Shown piece after piece: positions 28,605 through 39,021 of a stretch of DNA of 61,135 nt. The position numbers and the translations under genes are program-made. Source of the DNA: an uncultured Bacilli bacterium (GTDB lineage: Bacteria > Bacillota_I > Bacilli_A > RF39 > UBA660); assembly GCA_944358535.1 (NCBI GenBank), contig CALVRH010000004.1:1-61135 (forward strand), written 5' to 3'. Numbering within the stretch: position 1 is the first letter of the stretch; each line of letters begins with the position of its first letter. The notes beneath the pieces are model-generated. The model was not told the origin of the DNA and did not search any database. It was given only the letters and a program-made list of their open reading frames with translations.

Positions 28605-29747
28605 TTATATACCTCTAACAAAAACCATATATCCTAAAAATCCAATAAATATCAAATACATTATAACTCCATTTATCATCTCAAATTTAGTTGATTTATA
28701 CTTAACACCAACTGCCATAGTTGCCAAAATACCACTAACAAGACCACCAATATGAGCCCAATTATCAACTCCTGAAATCGTAAATCCTAAAATCAAATTT
28801 AAAACAATCAAAGGAATAATTTGTGATTTAACAACACTATCTAAATAAACACGGTAATGATATCCAAAATAAAGTAATGCCCCCATTAAACCAAATATTG
28901 CCCCTGAAGCTCCAACACTAAAACTATTACTAAAGAAAATAGATAACATCGAAGCACCAATTCCAGAAAGTAAATAAACAATTAAATATTTAGCCTTTCC
29001 AAGAAAACTCTCAAGCTGCATACCAATTATATATAAAGCATACATATTGAAAAGCAAATGCAAAATACCAGCATGTAAAAACATTCCTGTAAATAATCGA
29101 TAATATTGATTAAAATTAACAATAAGTTCCCTGTTAACAGCAAACATAGGCAATATTGCATCATTAAAAACTGATAAAATAAACACAACCACATTAATTG
29201 CAATTAAAGCATATGTAATAATAGGTTTTTTAGGCCTAAAAACATCCTCATTCATTTTCGCATCATCCTCATTTTTCTTATTTATATCACTTGTTATCTT
29301 CATAAATAACTCCAAACCTTTTTCTCTAAAATCCATATCCTCAGTAATATCTGGAAAAGCAGAAGTAACAAACCTATATTTGTCCAAATCAGAAGCTTCA
29401 TGAATATTCGCAAACTTAATATTTGGAGTATCCTCAAACTTAGTTATATCAACATTATCCCCCAAATTAACAAATATACTTAAAGCATTAATTTTAAAAG
29501 ACAAAGTTTTTTTCTTAATTGTCTTAAGTAAATTTTTAGTTTTAAATAAATCAAACTTAAACTGTTCGTTATTATGAATATAACCTGATACGATCCTAAC
29601 AATCTTATAATCATCTTCTAAATTTTCAAGCCATATTTCATCTTTTACTCCCCTAATTATTACTGGATTATATCCTCTTTCAGTAATAAAATAGTGTAAA
29701 AGTTTCATAACAAGTTCTTCTTTTTTATCAATCACTAACTCGTTCAT
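28605..29747 (-). CDS. Rhomboid-family intramembrane serine protease (GluP/YqgP-like, with a cytoplasmic N-domain)
   Basis: GASGAIFGLMG catalytic Ser motif, the HxxxN motif HLLFN, a downstream AHIGG motif (catalytic His), and 6-7 TM segments. Confidence 0.85.
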   Translation of the reverse strand: MNELVIDKKEELVMKLLHYFITERGYNPVIIRGVKDEIWLENLEDDYKIVRIVSGYIHNNEQFKFDLFKTKNLLKTIKKKTLSFKINALSIFVNLGDNVDITKFEDTPNIKFANIHEASDLDKYRFVTSAFPDITEDMDFREKGLELFMKITSDINKKNEDDAKMNEDVFRPKKPIITYALIAINVVVFILSVFNDAILPMFAVNRELIVNFNQYYRLFTGMFLHAGILHLLFNMYALYIIGMQLESFLGKAKYLIVYLLSGIGASMLSIFFSNSFSVGASGAIFGLMGALLYFGYHYRVYLDSVVKSQIIPLIVLNLILGFTISGVDNWAHIGGLVSGILATMAVGVKYKSTKFEMINGVIMYLIFIGFLGYMVFVRGI

Positions 29748-29755
29748 ATTATCAC

Positions 29756-30640
29756 CTACTCAAAATTCTTTAAAATATTTGTGAAACATTCTGGAAGTTC
29801 ACTATCAAACTGCATATATTCTCCAGTTCTAGGATGTACAAACCCTAATTCTTTCGCATGCAAACATTGACCACTATCATCAAATAACTTCCTATTTCCA
29901 TAAACTGGATCATTAACCACTGGATGACCTATATAATCCATATGTACCCTAATTTGATGTGTCCTTCCAGTTTCTAACCTAAGTTCAATCAAAGTTGCCT
30001 TATCAAATCTTTTCAAAACATTAAAATGAGTAATTGCCTCTTTACCATCTGCTCGCACAGCCATCTTCTTACGATCATTCTTACTTCGGCCAATTGGAGC
30101 ATCTACCTCTCCAGAATCACTAGTAATAACGCCCCAAACTAAAGCAATATATTTTCTATAAGTTTTTTTCAAAGCAAGTTCCTCTGCCAAAATCTCATGA
30201 GCCTTATTATTTTTAGCCACCATAAGTAAACCTGTTGTATAAGCATCGATTCTATGTACAATACCAGGTCTTTCATCACCATTCACATCACTTAATTTAG
30301 TATGATATAAAAGGCCATTAACAAGCGTTCCACTACGATTACCAGCCCCAGGATGTACAACTACTCCATTCGCCTTATTAACCACAATAACATCATCATC
30401 CTCATAGACAATATCCAAATCCATTTTTTCAGGAACTAAACCATCTACCTCAGTATGATTAACAATAACTTCGTCACCAGTTTTAAGCATAAATCCCGCC
30501 TTAACCAATTTACCATTAACTAAAACTTCCTTAGCTTTAATCATCTTAGTAACTTGACTTCGGCTAACCTCCATAACACCAGCTAAAAAATTATCTAATC
30601 TAATATCATTTTCCTTTACTTGATACTTCATTTTTATCAC
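29756..30640 (-). CDS. rluD: RluA-family 23S rRNA pseudouridine synthase (RluD-like)
   Basis: S4 domain plus the HRIDAYTTGLL catalytic Asp motif. It is conserved downstream of lspA. Confidence 0.9.
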   Translation of the reverse strand: MIKMKYQVKENDIRLDNFLAGVMEVSRSQVTKMIKAKEVLVNGKLVKAGFMLKTGDEVIVNHTEVDGLVPEKMDLDIVYEDDDVIVVNKANGVVVHPGAGNRSGTLVNGLLYHTKLSDVNGDERPGIVHRIDAYTTGLLMVAKNNKAHEILAEELALKKTYRKYIALVWGVITSDSGEVDAPIGRSKNDRKKMAVRADGKEAITHFNVLKRFDKATLIELRLETGRTHQIRVHMDYIGHPVVNDPVYGNRKLFDDSGQCLHAKELGFVHPRTGEYMQFDSELPECFTNILKNFE

Positions 30641-31079
30641 CTTTTATCACTTGAATTCCAATAAAAACCATTGAAATTACAATCGCAATATCTGCTAAAT
30701 TAAACACCGGAAAATTATAACCAAAAAATGTAAAATCCAAATAATCTATCACCTGCATATGCAAAGCCCTATCAATTAAATTGCCTATAATTCCTCCAAT
30801 CAATAAACCATATGAAATTTGTTCAAAATCATTTAACTTTTTTCCTTTAATTAAAAAGAAATAAATTAAATTTAAAACAACAACTGAAATAACTATAAGC
30901 AAAAGCGTATTAGAACTTAAAATACTAAAAGCTGCTCCTGTATTTCCAATTAAAGTAATACTGAAAAAATTAGGAATTACAGTAATAGATTGACCAAAAC
31001 TCATAAAAAATAACAGTCCATTTTTAATAAGTTGATCAAACAATATAGTAATTAATGCAAAATCATATAACTTTCTCAT
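30606..31079 (-). CDS. lspA: Lipoprotein signal peptidase II
   Basis: 157 aa with 4 TM segments and the motifs NTGAAFS and FNLADIAI. Confidence 0.9.
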   Translation of the reverse strand: MRKLYDFALITILFDQLIKNGLLFFMSFGQSITVIPNFFSITLIGNTGAAFSILSSNTLLLIVISVVVLNLIYFFLIKGKKLNDFEQISYGLLIGGIIGNLIDRALHMQVIDYLDFTFFGYNFPVFNLADIAIVISMVFIGIQVIKGDKNEVSSKGK

Positions 31080-31163
31080 AATATCACCAACAAATATTAT
31101 ATCAGAAAAACAATATTATTCAAAATATTAAAAATATGATAAAATAAAGTCAGAGGTGAAAAT

Positions 31164-31664
31164 ATGAATTCAAAAAAAAGAACAGATTATCTAACATGGG
31201 ATGAATATTTCATAGCCATAACCGAACTAAGTGCCCTAAGAAGTAAAGACCCATCAACTAGAGTCGGTGCTTGCATAGTAAGCGATGATAATAGAATTTT
31301 ATCAATTGGATATAATGGTGCACCAAATGGCTTTGATGATAATGAATTTCCATGGAACCGTGAAGGTGAAAATTTAAACACTAAATATCCTTATGTATGT
31401 CATGCTGAACTAAATGCCATATTAAACTATCGCGGCAATAAAAAAGATTTAGAAAATGCTAAAATATATGTTGATTTATTCCCATGTAATGAATGTGCTA
31501 AATTAATCATTCAATCTGGCATCAAAGAAGTTATTTATCTAAATGATAAATACGCAAATTCAGATAACAATATTGCATCACGTACCCTATTTGATAAATG
31601 CCATGTAAAATATCACAAACTAATCATGAACAAAGAAATTAATCTCACGATTAAAAATAACTAA
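31164..31664 (+). CDS. comEB: dCMP deaminase (ComEB-type)
   Basis: Zinc motifs HAELNA and PCNECAK. Confidence 0.9.
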   Translation: MNSKKRTDYLTWDEYFIAITELSALRSKDPSTRVGACIVSDDNRILSIGYNGAPNGFDDNEFPWNREGENLNTKYPYVCHAELNAILNYRGNKKDLENAKIYVDLFPCNECAKLIIQSGIKEVIYLNDKYANSDNNIASRTLFDKCHVKYHKLIMNKEINLTIKNN

Positions 31665-31697
31665 AAACTATTAGAAAGCAAAAATTCTAATAGTTTT
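31664..31697. terminator. Bidirectional terminator shared by the convergent comEB and trxA genes
   Basis: AAAACTATTAGAA-loop-TTCTAATAGTTTT overlapping both stop codons. Confidence 0.75.
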
Positions 31698-31992
31698 ATC
31701 TTCCAATAAATTTAAGTATTTCATCGCTTGTCATATAACCAATATTCATAATATAACTACCATCTTTTTTAAAATAGATAAGCGTTGGAACACTCATAAC
31801 TCCAAACCTTTTACAAAGTTCTAAGTTCTCATCAATGTCCACCTTCATAATTTGAACTTTATCTTTAATTTCTTCAAGTTCTGGCGAAAGCATCTTACAA
31901 GGACCGCACCATGTCGCAAAAAAATCTACAAGTACATCTCCTTTACTAGTAACACTATCAAAATTATCCAAATTTCCCTTAATTATTTCCAT
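31696..31992 (-). CDS. trxA: Thioredoxin
   Basis: WCGPCK active site, 98 aa. Confidence 0.92.
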   Translation of the reverse strand: MEIIKGNLDNFDSVTSKGDVLVDFFATWCGPCKMLSPELEEIKDKVQIMKVDIDENLELCKRFGVMSVPTLIYFKKDGSYIMNIGYMTSDEILKFIGR

Positions 31993-31994
31993 AA

Positions 31995-32714
31995 TTATTC
32001 CTCCTCATACTTACTCAAAACGGTTTCAATTCCGTCAATCTCTATTTTACCACTTTCATCAAGTTTTTTCACTGTATCTACAGTAACAATTTTATATTTT
32101 AAAAACACATCCAAAGTTTCTAAATTATAAGAATTTGTATCTGTACTATCTGTGTATTTATCTGCCAAACCCTTAAATTCATCAAGTGCCTCAAGTGCCG
32201 TACCAGCCACATTTGAAAGAAGTGGAGTGTTTGAAAGAATTGGCTCACGAAAACTTGAATTCTTAACAAAATCAACATCGACAAAATTTGGCATTGAAAG
32301 AATATATAACACGAAAAATGCAATAACATAATTTTTAATAGCACCAATAATCGCACCAAATATAGCCGATGGCATACCTAAAACAATCGTAAACTTTAAA
32401 ATTTTTTCAAAAATACCAGTTGCAAAAAGAAGTGCATTTAAAATTGCCATCAAAATAAAATATACAGCAGTAAAAGCAATAACCTCATATACCGCAATAT
32501 TTAAAACAGTGACTCCTTTAATAATTCCACCAAAACTAAAAAAAGGACAAAAACTCATTAAAAATTCACTAACTGGATTTTTCAAAAAATAAGCAAGCAC
32601 TACTACTATAATTGTACCCAAAAAACTAACTAATGCTTTCGTAAAACCTTGCTTAGCGCCAACAAAAGCCCCAAGCACAATAAAAATAATAATTAAAAAA
32701 TCTGTAATATTCAT
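31995..32714 (-). CDS. cvpA: CvpA-family membrane protein
   Basis: Four N-terminal TM helices with an ITDFLIIIFIVLGA start, and a soluble C-terminal extension. Confidence 0.65.
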   Translation of the reverse strand: MNITDFLIIIFIVLGAFVGAKQGFTKALVSFLGTIIVVVLAYFLKNPVSEFLMSFCPFFSFGGIIKGVTVLNIAVYEVIAFTAVYFILMAILNALLFATGIFEKILKFTIVLGMPSAIFGAIIGAIKNYVIAFFVLYILSMPNFVDVDFVKNSSFREPILSNTPLLSNVAGTALEALDEFKGLADKYTDSTDTNSYNLETLDVFLKYKIVTVDTVKKLDESGKIEIDGIETVLSKYEEE

Positions 32715-32815
32715 ATCTATTCTCCTTTACCATAATTATATTACATTTAAATTCAAAATGTAAAGCTTTATTGTTATGATAAAAGAAATATGATAAAATG
32801 TTTACAGGTGATTAG

Positions 32816-33769
32816 ATGAAAAAAGAACCAGTTAAAACAATAACTTTAAAAGTTAGTGAAAATACCATGAATAAAATGAACGAATATTTCGAAGATAAAA
32901 AACGTTTAAAAACTCCACCATATGCTGTTTTTCAAGCCGATGAAGCAGACACAGTTGTCACTTTATATCAATCAGGTAAAGTCGTCTTTCAAGGTATAAG
33001 TGCCGATATTGATGCAAATCTATGGTCACAAATGGAAAAAAACTTAAATCCTAATAAAAAAATCGACATGAAAATAGCCGGAGAAAAAAAGAAAGAAACC
33101 AAAAAAAATTCTAAAGTCTACTATGCAAACACCATTGGTTCAGACGAAGTTGGAACTGGTGACTTCTTTGGACCAATCGTTGTTACCGCTTCTTATGTAA
33201 CAAAAGACAATATACTATTCTTAGAAAATTTAGGAGTCAAAGATTCTAAAAAATTAACTGATGAACAAATTTTAAAAATAACTCCACAAATTATAAAAAA
33301 AATACCTTATTACACCATGACCTTATCAAATAAAGAATATAATGAAAAAAGAGAAAATTATAATATGAATGCTATGAAAGCCATATTACATAATAAAGCA
33401 CTATTAGAAATGACTAAAAAATATCCAAACTACGATTATATTGTTGTCGACCAATTTGCTGAAAAATATGTATATTATAATTATTTAAAACAAACCCCAA
33501 ACATTCAAAGAAACATTACATTTATTACTAAAGCTGAAGATCAATGTCTATCAGTTGCTTGTTCAGCCATCATCAGTAGATATATTTTCATCAAAGAATT
33601 CGATAAACTATCTAAAAAATATAATCAAACATTACCAAAAGGTGCTGGACCTATAGTGGATGAAATTGGAGCTAAACTAGTCAAAAAATATAGTGAAAAC
33701 ATATTAAATGACATCGCCAAAACTAACTTTAAAAATACCGAAAGAATAAAGGAATTAGCCAAAAACTAA
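32816..33769 (+). CDS. rnhC: Ribonuclease HIII
   Basis: About 315 aa. N-terminal TBP-like domain and a GSDEVGTGDFFGP catalytic block. Confidence 0.9.
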   Translation: MKKEPVKTITLKVSENTMNKMNEYFEDKKRLKTPPYAVFQADEADTVVTLYQSGKVVFQGISADIDANLWSQMEKNLNPNKKIDMKIAGEKKKETKKNSKVYYANTIGSDEVGTGDFFGPIVVTASYVTKDNILFLENLGVKDSKKLTDEQILKITPQIIKKIPYYTMTLSNKEYNEKRENYNMNAMKAILHNKALLEMTKKYPNYDYIVVDQFAEKYVYYNYLKQTPNIQRNITFITKAEDQCLSVACSAIISRYIFIKEFDKLSKKYNQTLPKGAGPIVDEIGAKLVKKYSENILNDIAKTNFKNTERIKELAKN

Positions 33770-33776
33770 TTCCTTT

Positions 33777-34454
33777 TTAATTTAAAACTTTACCAATAAC
33801 TATTAATCTAGACTTCCATGAACCATTACTGCATGTACATAAAGTAATTAAACTATCATCATAACCAATACTTTCATTACTATTTATTAGACTATTTTTC
33901 AAAGCCATATTCATATAACTTTCAAAATCATCTAAAGATTCGAAATTAATTGGTAACTCTTCCTTAGTCGCATCCGCTATATAAACAGCTACAATCGACA
34001 CTTCAATCACTTTATCACTAGTATAAATTTTATAATTTGAATGATTCTTATAAAATTCAAAAGACTTATAATTAAGTAAATCACTAAACATTGTACCGTT
34101 ATTAAAATTATGGCCATATATAATCGTATTCTTATCATTAAACCCATTGTTTCGGTAATCTAAAAATATAGATCCCATTTTATTTCTATCACCATTTGGT
34201 AAATGTTTTAAATAATATGAATTATCCTCACCTTGCATAATTGGATAACTAATACTTGTATCAGGAATCTCAATATAACCAGTAGCTCCTTCATACTCAT
34301 TTTCTAATTTATTTATATCCTTTATATTAGTTGAGGGGAGCACATTTCTATAAAATGTCTCCCCTTCTTTCTTGTCTAAAGACTCCCAAGTAAATAAACT
34401 TAAAAATATTAGACAAATAACTAAACATAATATTACAGGTACTTTTCTAAGCAT
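33777..34454 (-). CDS. srtB: Class B sortase
   Basis: N-terminal TM anchor, NTIIYGHN, and the catalytic TLCTC motif. It overlaps the 3' end of the adhesin gene by 8 nt. Confidence 0.85.
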   Translation of the reverse strand: MLRKVPVILCLVICLIFLSLFTWESLDKKEGETFYRNVLPSTNIKDINKLENEYEGATGYIEIPDTSISYPIMQGEDNSYYLKHLPNGDRNKMGSIFLDYRNNGFNDKNTIIYGHNFNNGTMFSDLLNYKSFEFYKNHSNYKIYTSDKVIEVSIVAVYIADATKEELPINFESLDDFESYMNMALKNSLINSNESIGYDDSLITLCTCSNGSWKSRLIVIGKVLN

Positions 34455-37400
34455 GTTTTCTTTTTAATAAATAAACACTGAGCATTCCAAAAGCTATAGT
34501 TAAAATTCCATAAAGTGACGTATTATCACTACCACCAGTTTGTGGAATATTAGCTTTCTGATATGGTTTTTCAAACACATCTTTGTAATTCATAAATGAA
34601 CTAACATTTCCTTCTAAGCCAATAACTCCACCATCATTAGTAACTGATGTCTTATAACCATCACTATCTGCTTCAAGTTCGGTAACTTTATAGCTTGCTC
34701 CTACTGGTAAACCAATAATCGTAATAGACTCACCATGTTTTAATTTAATTATATCACCAGATTTAATAGTGCCAGTTTTACTTCCAATGTATTTATATTC
34801 ACCTTCTAAAACTTCACCATTTTCATCGTATAATATAACTTTAAAATTAAAGTATCTATCAGTCTCACCACTATTACCACCAACAGTTTTATCGATAGTT
34901 AAACTTCCTTCATTTTTCGTATTCGTAAATACTACCTTGTTTTCGTCAAAAGTAATTTTTCCTTTATCATTAGTAGCTGTAGTTTCATATCTGTCACTAT
35001 TAGCCTCTAACTCTGTAACTTCATATAAAGTTCCGTAAGGAAGTCCATTAATCGTAATCGATTCACCATGTTTTAACTTAATAGTATCACCAGATTTTAT
35101 AAAGCCCTCTTTAGAACCAGTATAATGGAAAGACTCTTCTAAAGGATTGCCATTTTTATCTGTTAAAATAACTTTAAAAGTAAAGTATCTATCAGTCTCA
35201 CCAGCATTACCAGCTACAACCTTACTAATAGTCAAATTACTATCTTCAAGGGTATTAGTAATAGTGTAGTTTTTATCATCAACTGTACTTTCACTACTAT
35301 ACTCTTCATTATAATGTTCTGGTACCGCTTCCTCTATAGTATAATCATAACGATTATGATTTTCATCATATTTAGCTAATCTTTCAAAAGAAGCTTGCCA
35401 ATTATTACTACTACTCAAAGTAACTGATTTCTTTTGACCATTTTCATAAACATAATCATTATTGCGTTTTAAATAAACTGTAATTGAATCAGGTCTATTT
35501 TCATAGTCATTATCATTCCAAACCTTAGTAACATTTATATTAATCATTGAATATTCATTACCAACCTCAAAAGTTTTTACTTGATAATATTGTTCAATAC
35601 TATCTGGATATTCAATTCCATCATTTCCTGGATATACAAAGTAATATACCGTCGTATCTAAAATATAACCATCTACAGTTTTAGACTCAACTAATTTATA
35701 TACACTATCATAATTAATACCACTATAACTAGCATATCCATCATCTTTAGTTTTTAATGTAGAAACTAAATTTTCTTCACCAGTTAACTCAAAAGTATTA
35801 CCACTACCAGTAAAGCCTAATTCATATAAATTAAACTCAACATCAGCAAGTGGTGTATTCTTATCACCATCTTTATATTTATATACATAAATCATTTGTG
35901 AATTTCCTGAAGAAGTAGCTGAGCTTTCTAAAACTTCACCTTTCAAAATCAATTCACTTTCAGCGGAATTTTCATCATAACCAGATAAATTAACTCTATT
36001 AAAAGCATTATCTTCGTTTAACTCTTCGCCAGCACTTAATGTAACTCTAGCCTTATATGTGATTATTAATGATTCACTGTCAGGAACATGAAGCGTTAAC
36101 ATATGAGTCTCTTGATTCCATTCATAACTATCAGGATCTGCAGCTTCACCATTAATCTTTAAACTTCCTCTAATAAATTCTAAAGCTGAACCCATTTCAT
36201 CATCCAAAACTAAAGTGTCAGAATCTTTATCAATATCAGCCTTACCCTCATTAACCTTTATAGTATATTCTACTTCTGGTGCCGTATAAGTATTATAGAC
36301 TGCTGTTTTATCAAGTAACTGAGTAACTTTACCTGTAATAGATTCTTCTACATCTGGATATGTATAACCATTAATTGTAATATTAGCCTTGTTAGTATAA
36401 GTCTTTTGATCAGCAAAAATATCAGTTAACCTGCTATCGTATAAAATAGATGCTCCAGCACTATTCGCACTAAGCTCATCAATATAATCATCTAAATCAA
36501 ATATTAACTTACCATCTTCAAGTTTTGGTTCAAGTTTATAAGGTGTATAAGGATTATAATTTAACACTAATTTTGCAGAGCCTTCCACATATTCCATACC
36601 ATCAGGAATAGTATCTGTTACATAAGTATCCTTAACATCTTTAGGTAACCTATCAATTTTAATCTCCCATCTAGCAATACCTGTTTTACTAAAGTTATCG
36701 CTAAAATTATTCAAATACTTTTGAATATAATTGTCTTTCTTATTATACTCATATTTACCTGTAGATGATTTTCCTTCACCATCTACAGTAACAGTAGATG
36801 TATTATAAAATGTTTTTGATTCACTGTTATCAAATGTCGTATCATAAGAAATATTTAACTCTTTACCTAGTTCAATATTACCAAAATCAATTGTAAATTC
36901 TGTCTTACTTGCATTATATTCTAGCTTAGGATTTGTAGTTTCATTAATAGAAGTATCATTAACTTTTACAGTAGTTACATCTAATGTTAAGCCATCACCT
37001 AAAACATCTTTAAAGGAAACCTTTTTTTGTTTTCCATCGATATTAGGTATTGTTACCTTTGTATTCCAGTGAATAACTCCTTCCCTGTCATCTGCACTTT
37101 TAACATATTTAGAAATAGTTACTCCAGGAACAAGACCAACAGTCGCATCATCAGATACACTATGATTTTCCCCAACATAAATTGTAGCTTCGTTATATAA
37201 CTCAGTTTGTTCACCAGTTGCTTTTGTTTTAAATGTAATTTTGTATACTTTTTGTCCTGTCGCATCTTCTGCAAAAGTATAACCTTTTTGTAACTTATCA
37301 GCTGTAATAGTTAATTCAGAATCATGATAACTAGAACCATTATCATCACTTTCGGTAACTGTTATATCACCTGTAATTTCTTGACCATCAGCAATAACGT

Positions 37401-38562
37401 CTTTTAACGTTACACCTTTTTCTCCCGGTTTTACTGTAATAGTCCAAACTGCAGTATGATCACTAAGATTATCTCTACCATCTTTAGATACATCTGCTTT
37501 ATAAGTACTAACTAACGCAGTAGCTGTAATTTCATTTGGAAGTTCATCACTTTTAACTCTTGCTGTATTTCTTAAATCATTATCAGTAGAGCTACTAATA
37601 AATCCACCATCTAAAACATTGGCTCTATAAGTTATGGTTACGACATCACCTTTATTTAACTTATCAATTGTATAAACAAAGCCAGTTGTTCCATTAATAG
37701 TAGGTTTAATTTTATCAGTCATATCTTGAACATTTTGATTACTATCAGCCTTTGTAATCTTAAATGAATCAGTGATAAGCTCTAAATACTGACCCATTGA
37801 ATCAGTAATGACCACATTGGTATTATCAGTTATCGCAGTTACTTCAACTTTAAACTCATAAGTATCAGTATCAATCTTTTCAACTGATTTATGAATTCTT
37901 AAAGCACTAGTTGGTTTAACATTGATTATAACTGTTCCAACACCAGGAATTTCTAAATCAATCCTACCTCCATCGCCACCACCTATAGCACTTTCAGTAA
38001 TCTCACCTGATACATTTAAAGTACCAGTAATATTACTTAATTTTAAAAACTCTTCATCAGTATACCTAATAGTTACTTGATTTCCAGAAATAGTATAAAC
38101 ACCGACAGCCTCGGCCCCATTTCTTATCACTCCATTTTGGACATTAGTAAATGTAAATCCAGCTGGAAGTTCATAACTAAAAGTATTTTCTGTGGTCCAA
38201 TCTGTTGTATTTGGCAAAGACCACTCTAAATGAATGTCAATAACATCTCCATATTCGACAGTATCCTTAAAGTCTTCATCAACTTTTGTGCCGTCAATAG
38301 TAAAATAACTATTTTCATTCAAATAATCTGCCAAATTATAGTTTCCTACTTCACGAACAAAATGTGAAGTACTTAACTTCTGTATGCCATTCTGGTTAGA
38401 ATTAAATATTGTGTTAATCTGGTTGCCATTAAGAGCTATATTGCTCTCATTTGAAGCCATTTTTAAACTAGGATTATCATGGTTAACTCCAAAATTTAAA
38501 AATAGGCTGACACAAAGTGCTAGTAGTAAACATGCCACCCCTAGACAGTTTTTTACTTTCAT
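34447..38562 (-). CDS. Cell-wall-anchored adhesin with a Cna-type collagen-binding-like A region, CnaB/prealbumin-like B domains and a duplicated C-terminal pilin-like domain
   Basis: Signal peptide. CnaB block VTKVWNDNDYENRPDSITVYL. Two ~110-aa tandem repeats (GETDRYF.FKVIL...KLKHGESITI.GLP). Sorting signal IPQTG (34534-34548) plus a TM segment plus KRKHA. Confidence 0.85.
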   Translation of the reverse strand: MKVKNCLGVACLLLALCVSLFLNFGVNHDNPSLKMASNESNIALNGNQINTIFNSNQNGIQKLSTSHFVREVGNYNLADYLNENSYFTIDGTKVDEDFKDTVEYGDVIDIHLEWSLPNTTDWTTENTFSYELPAGFTFTNVQNGVIRNGAEAVGVYTISGNQVTIRYTDEEFLKLSNITGTLNVSGEITESAIGGGDGGRIDLEIPGVGTVIINVKPTSALRIHKSVEKIDTDTYEFKVEVTAITDNTNVVITDSMGQYLELITDSFKITKADSNQNVQDMTDKIKPTINGTTGFVYTIDKLNKGDVVTITYRANVLDGGFISSSTDNDLRNTARVKSDELPNEITATALVSTYKADVSKDGRDNLSDHTAVWTITVKPGEKGVTLKDVIADGQEITGDITVTESDDNGSSYHDSELTITADKLQKGYTFAEDATGQKVYKITFKTKATGEQTELYNEATIYVGENHSVSDDATVGLVPGVTISKYVKSADDREGVIHWNTKVTIPNIDGKQKKVSFKDVLGDGLTLDVTTVKVNDTSINETTNPKLEYNASKTEFTIDFGNIELGKELNISYDTTFDNSESKTFYNTSTVTVDGEGKSSTGKYEYNKKDNYIQKYLNNFSDNFSKTGIARWEIKIDRLPKDVKDTYVTDTIPDGMEYVEGSAKLVLNYNPYTPYKLEPKLEDGKLIFDLDDYIDELSANSAGASILYDSRLTDIFADQKTYTNKANITINGYTYPDVEESITGKVTQLLDKTAVYNTYTAPEVEYTIKVNEGKADIDKDSDTLVLDDEMGSALEFIRGSLKINGEAADPDSYEWNQETHMLTLHVPDSESLIITYKARVTLSAGEELNEDNAFNRVNLSGYDENSAESELILKGEVLESSATSSGNSQMIYVYKYKDGDKNTPLADVEFNLYELGFTGSGNTFELTGEENLVSTLKTKDDGYASYSGINYDSVYKLVESKTVDGYILDTTVYYFVYPGNDGIEYPDSIEQYYQVKTFEVGNEYSMININVTKVWNDNDYENRPDSITVYLKRNNDYVYENGQKKSVTLSSSNNWQASFERLAKYDENHNRYDYTIEEAVPEHYNEEYSSESTVDDKNYTITNTLEDSNLTISKVVAGNAGETDRYFTFKVILTDKNGNPLEESFHYTGSKEGFIKSGDTIKLKHGESITINGLPYGTLYEVTELEANSDRYETTATNDKGKITFDENKVVFTNTKNEGSLTIDKTVGGNSGETDRYFNFKVILYDENGEVLEGEYKYIGSKTGTIKSGDIIKLKHGESITIIGLPVGASYKVTELEADSDGYKTSVTNDGGVIGLEGNVSSFMNYKDVFEKPYQKANIPQTGGSDNTSLYGILTIAFGMLSVYLLKRKHA

Positions 38563-38590
38563 ACACTCCTCACTTTCTGTCGTGCTACTT

Positions 38591-38618
38591 ATTATAACAA
38601 ATAATATTCAAAATTCAA
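38591..38618 (-). promoter_or_regulatory. Promoter of the adhesin-sortase operon (TTGAAT-16-TGtTATAAT)
   Basis: Read on the minus strand, about 30 nt upstream of the GAGGAG RBS. Confidence 0.5.
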
Positions 38619-38730
38619 TAAAAATGTACAAAAAAGTATAAAAAATCGAAAAAAAATTGTATAAAGTAGCCCGCCAAAAATAATTTATGCATTAAGTGAG
38701 TATTATTGCACAAAAAAATATTCCCACAAA

Positions 38731-38778
38731 AAAAGCCATAAAGAAAACCCTTTGAAAATCAAAGAAATTCAAAGGGTT
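38731..38778 (-). terminator. Intrinsic terminator
   Basis: Minus strand AACCCTTTGAA-11 nt loop-TTCAAAGGGTT followed by TTCTTTATGGCTTTTTTT. Confidence 0.7.
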
Positions 38779-38874
38779 ATAAATAAGCAAAGTCCAAAAG
38801 AGAAACCTTAACGAATTAAAAACCTGATCTCCCAGGTGGGCATCACATCACCAGCTTTAGGATCCTTTAATAAA

Positions 38875-38937
38875 TTAAAGTATTCTACACCACCAGTGAA
38901 TTAGATTCCCAATCGTTATACTTAGTAGGTTTTTCAT
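38875..38937 (-). CDS. Candidate 20-aa hydrophobic peptide MKNLLSITIGNLIHWWCRIL (below the ORF-track threshold)
   Basis: Translated by hand. It lies between an extended -10 promoter and the terminator at 38731-38778. The SD is weak (AAGAAGAA). Confidence 0.2.
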   Translation of the reverse strand: MKNLLSITIGNLIHWWCRIL

Positions 38938-38964
38938 AGCGGTATTCTTCTTTTAGACAATTAA

Positions 38965-38973
38965 ATTATATCA
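38965..38973 (-). promoter_or_regulatory. Extended -10 element TGATATAAT just downstream of the CYTH gene stop
   Basis: Read on the minus strand. There is no clear -35. Confidence 0.35.
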
Positions 38974-39021
38974 TATATATATCTTTTTTTCTAGCATCTT
39001 TACAAAACTTCACATTATTTT

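Noticed and set aside
38790-38960. tRNA, SRP RNA, T-box or known riboswitch in the GC-richer patch
   Set aside because: No cloverleaf or T-loop GTTCGAATC-type sequence was found. There is also no SRP GGAA/AGCA motif and no T-box or c-di-NMP riboswitch consensus that I could recognise. It is reported only as an unclassified candidate RNA or micro-ORF.
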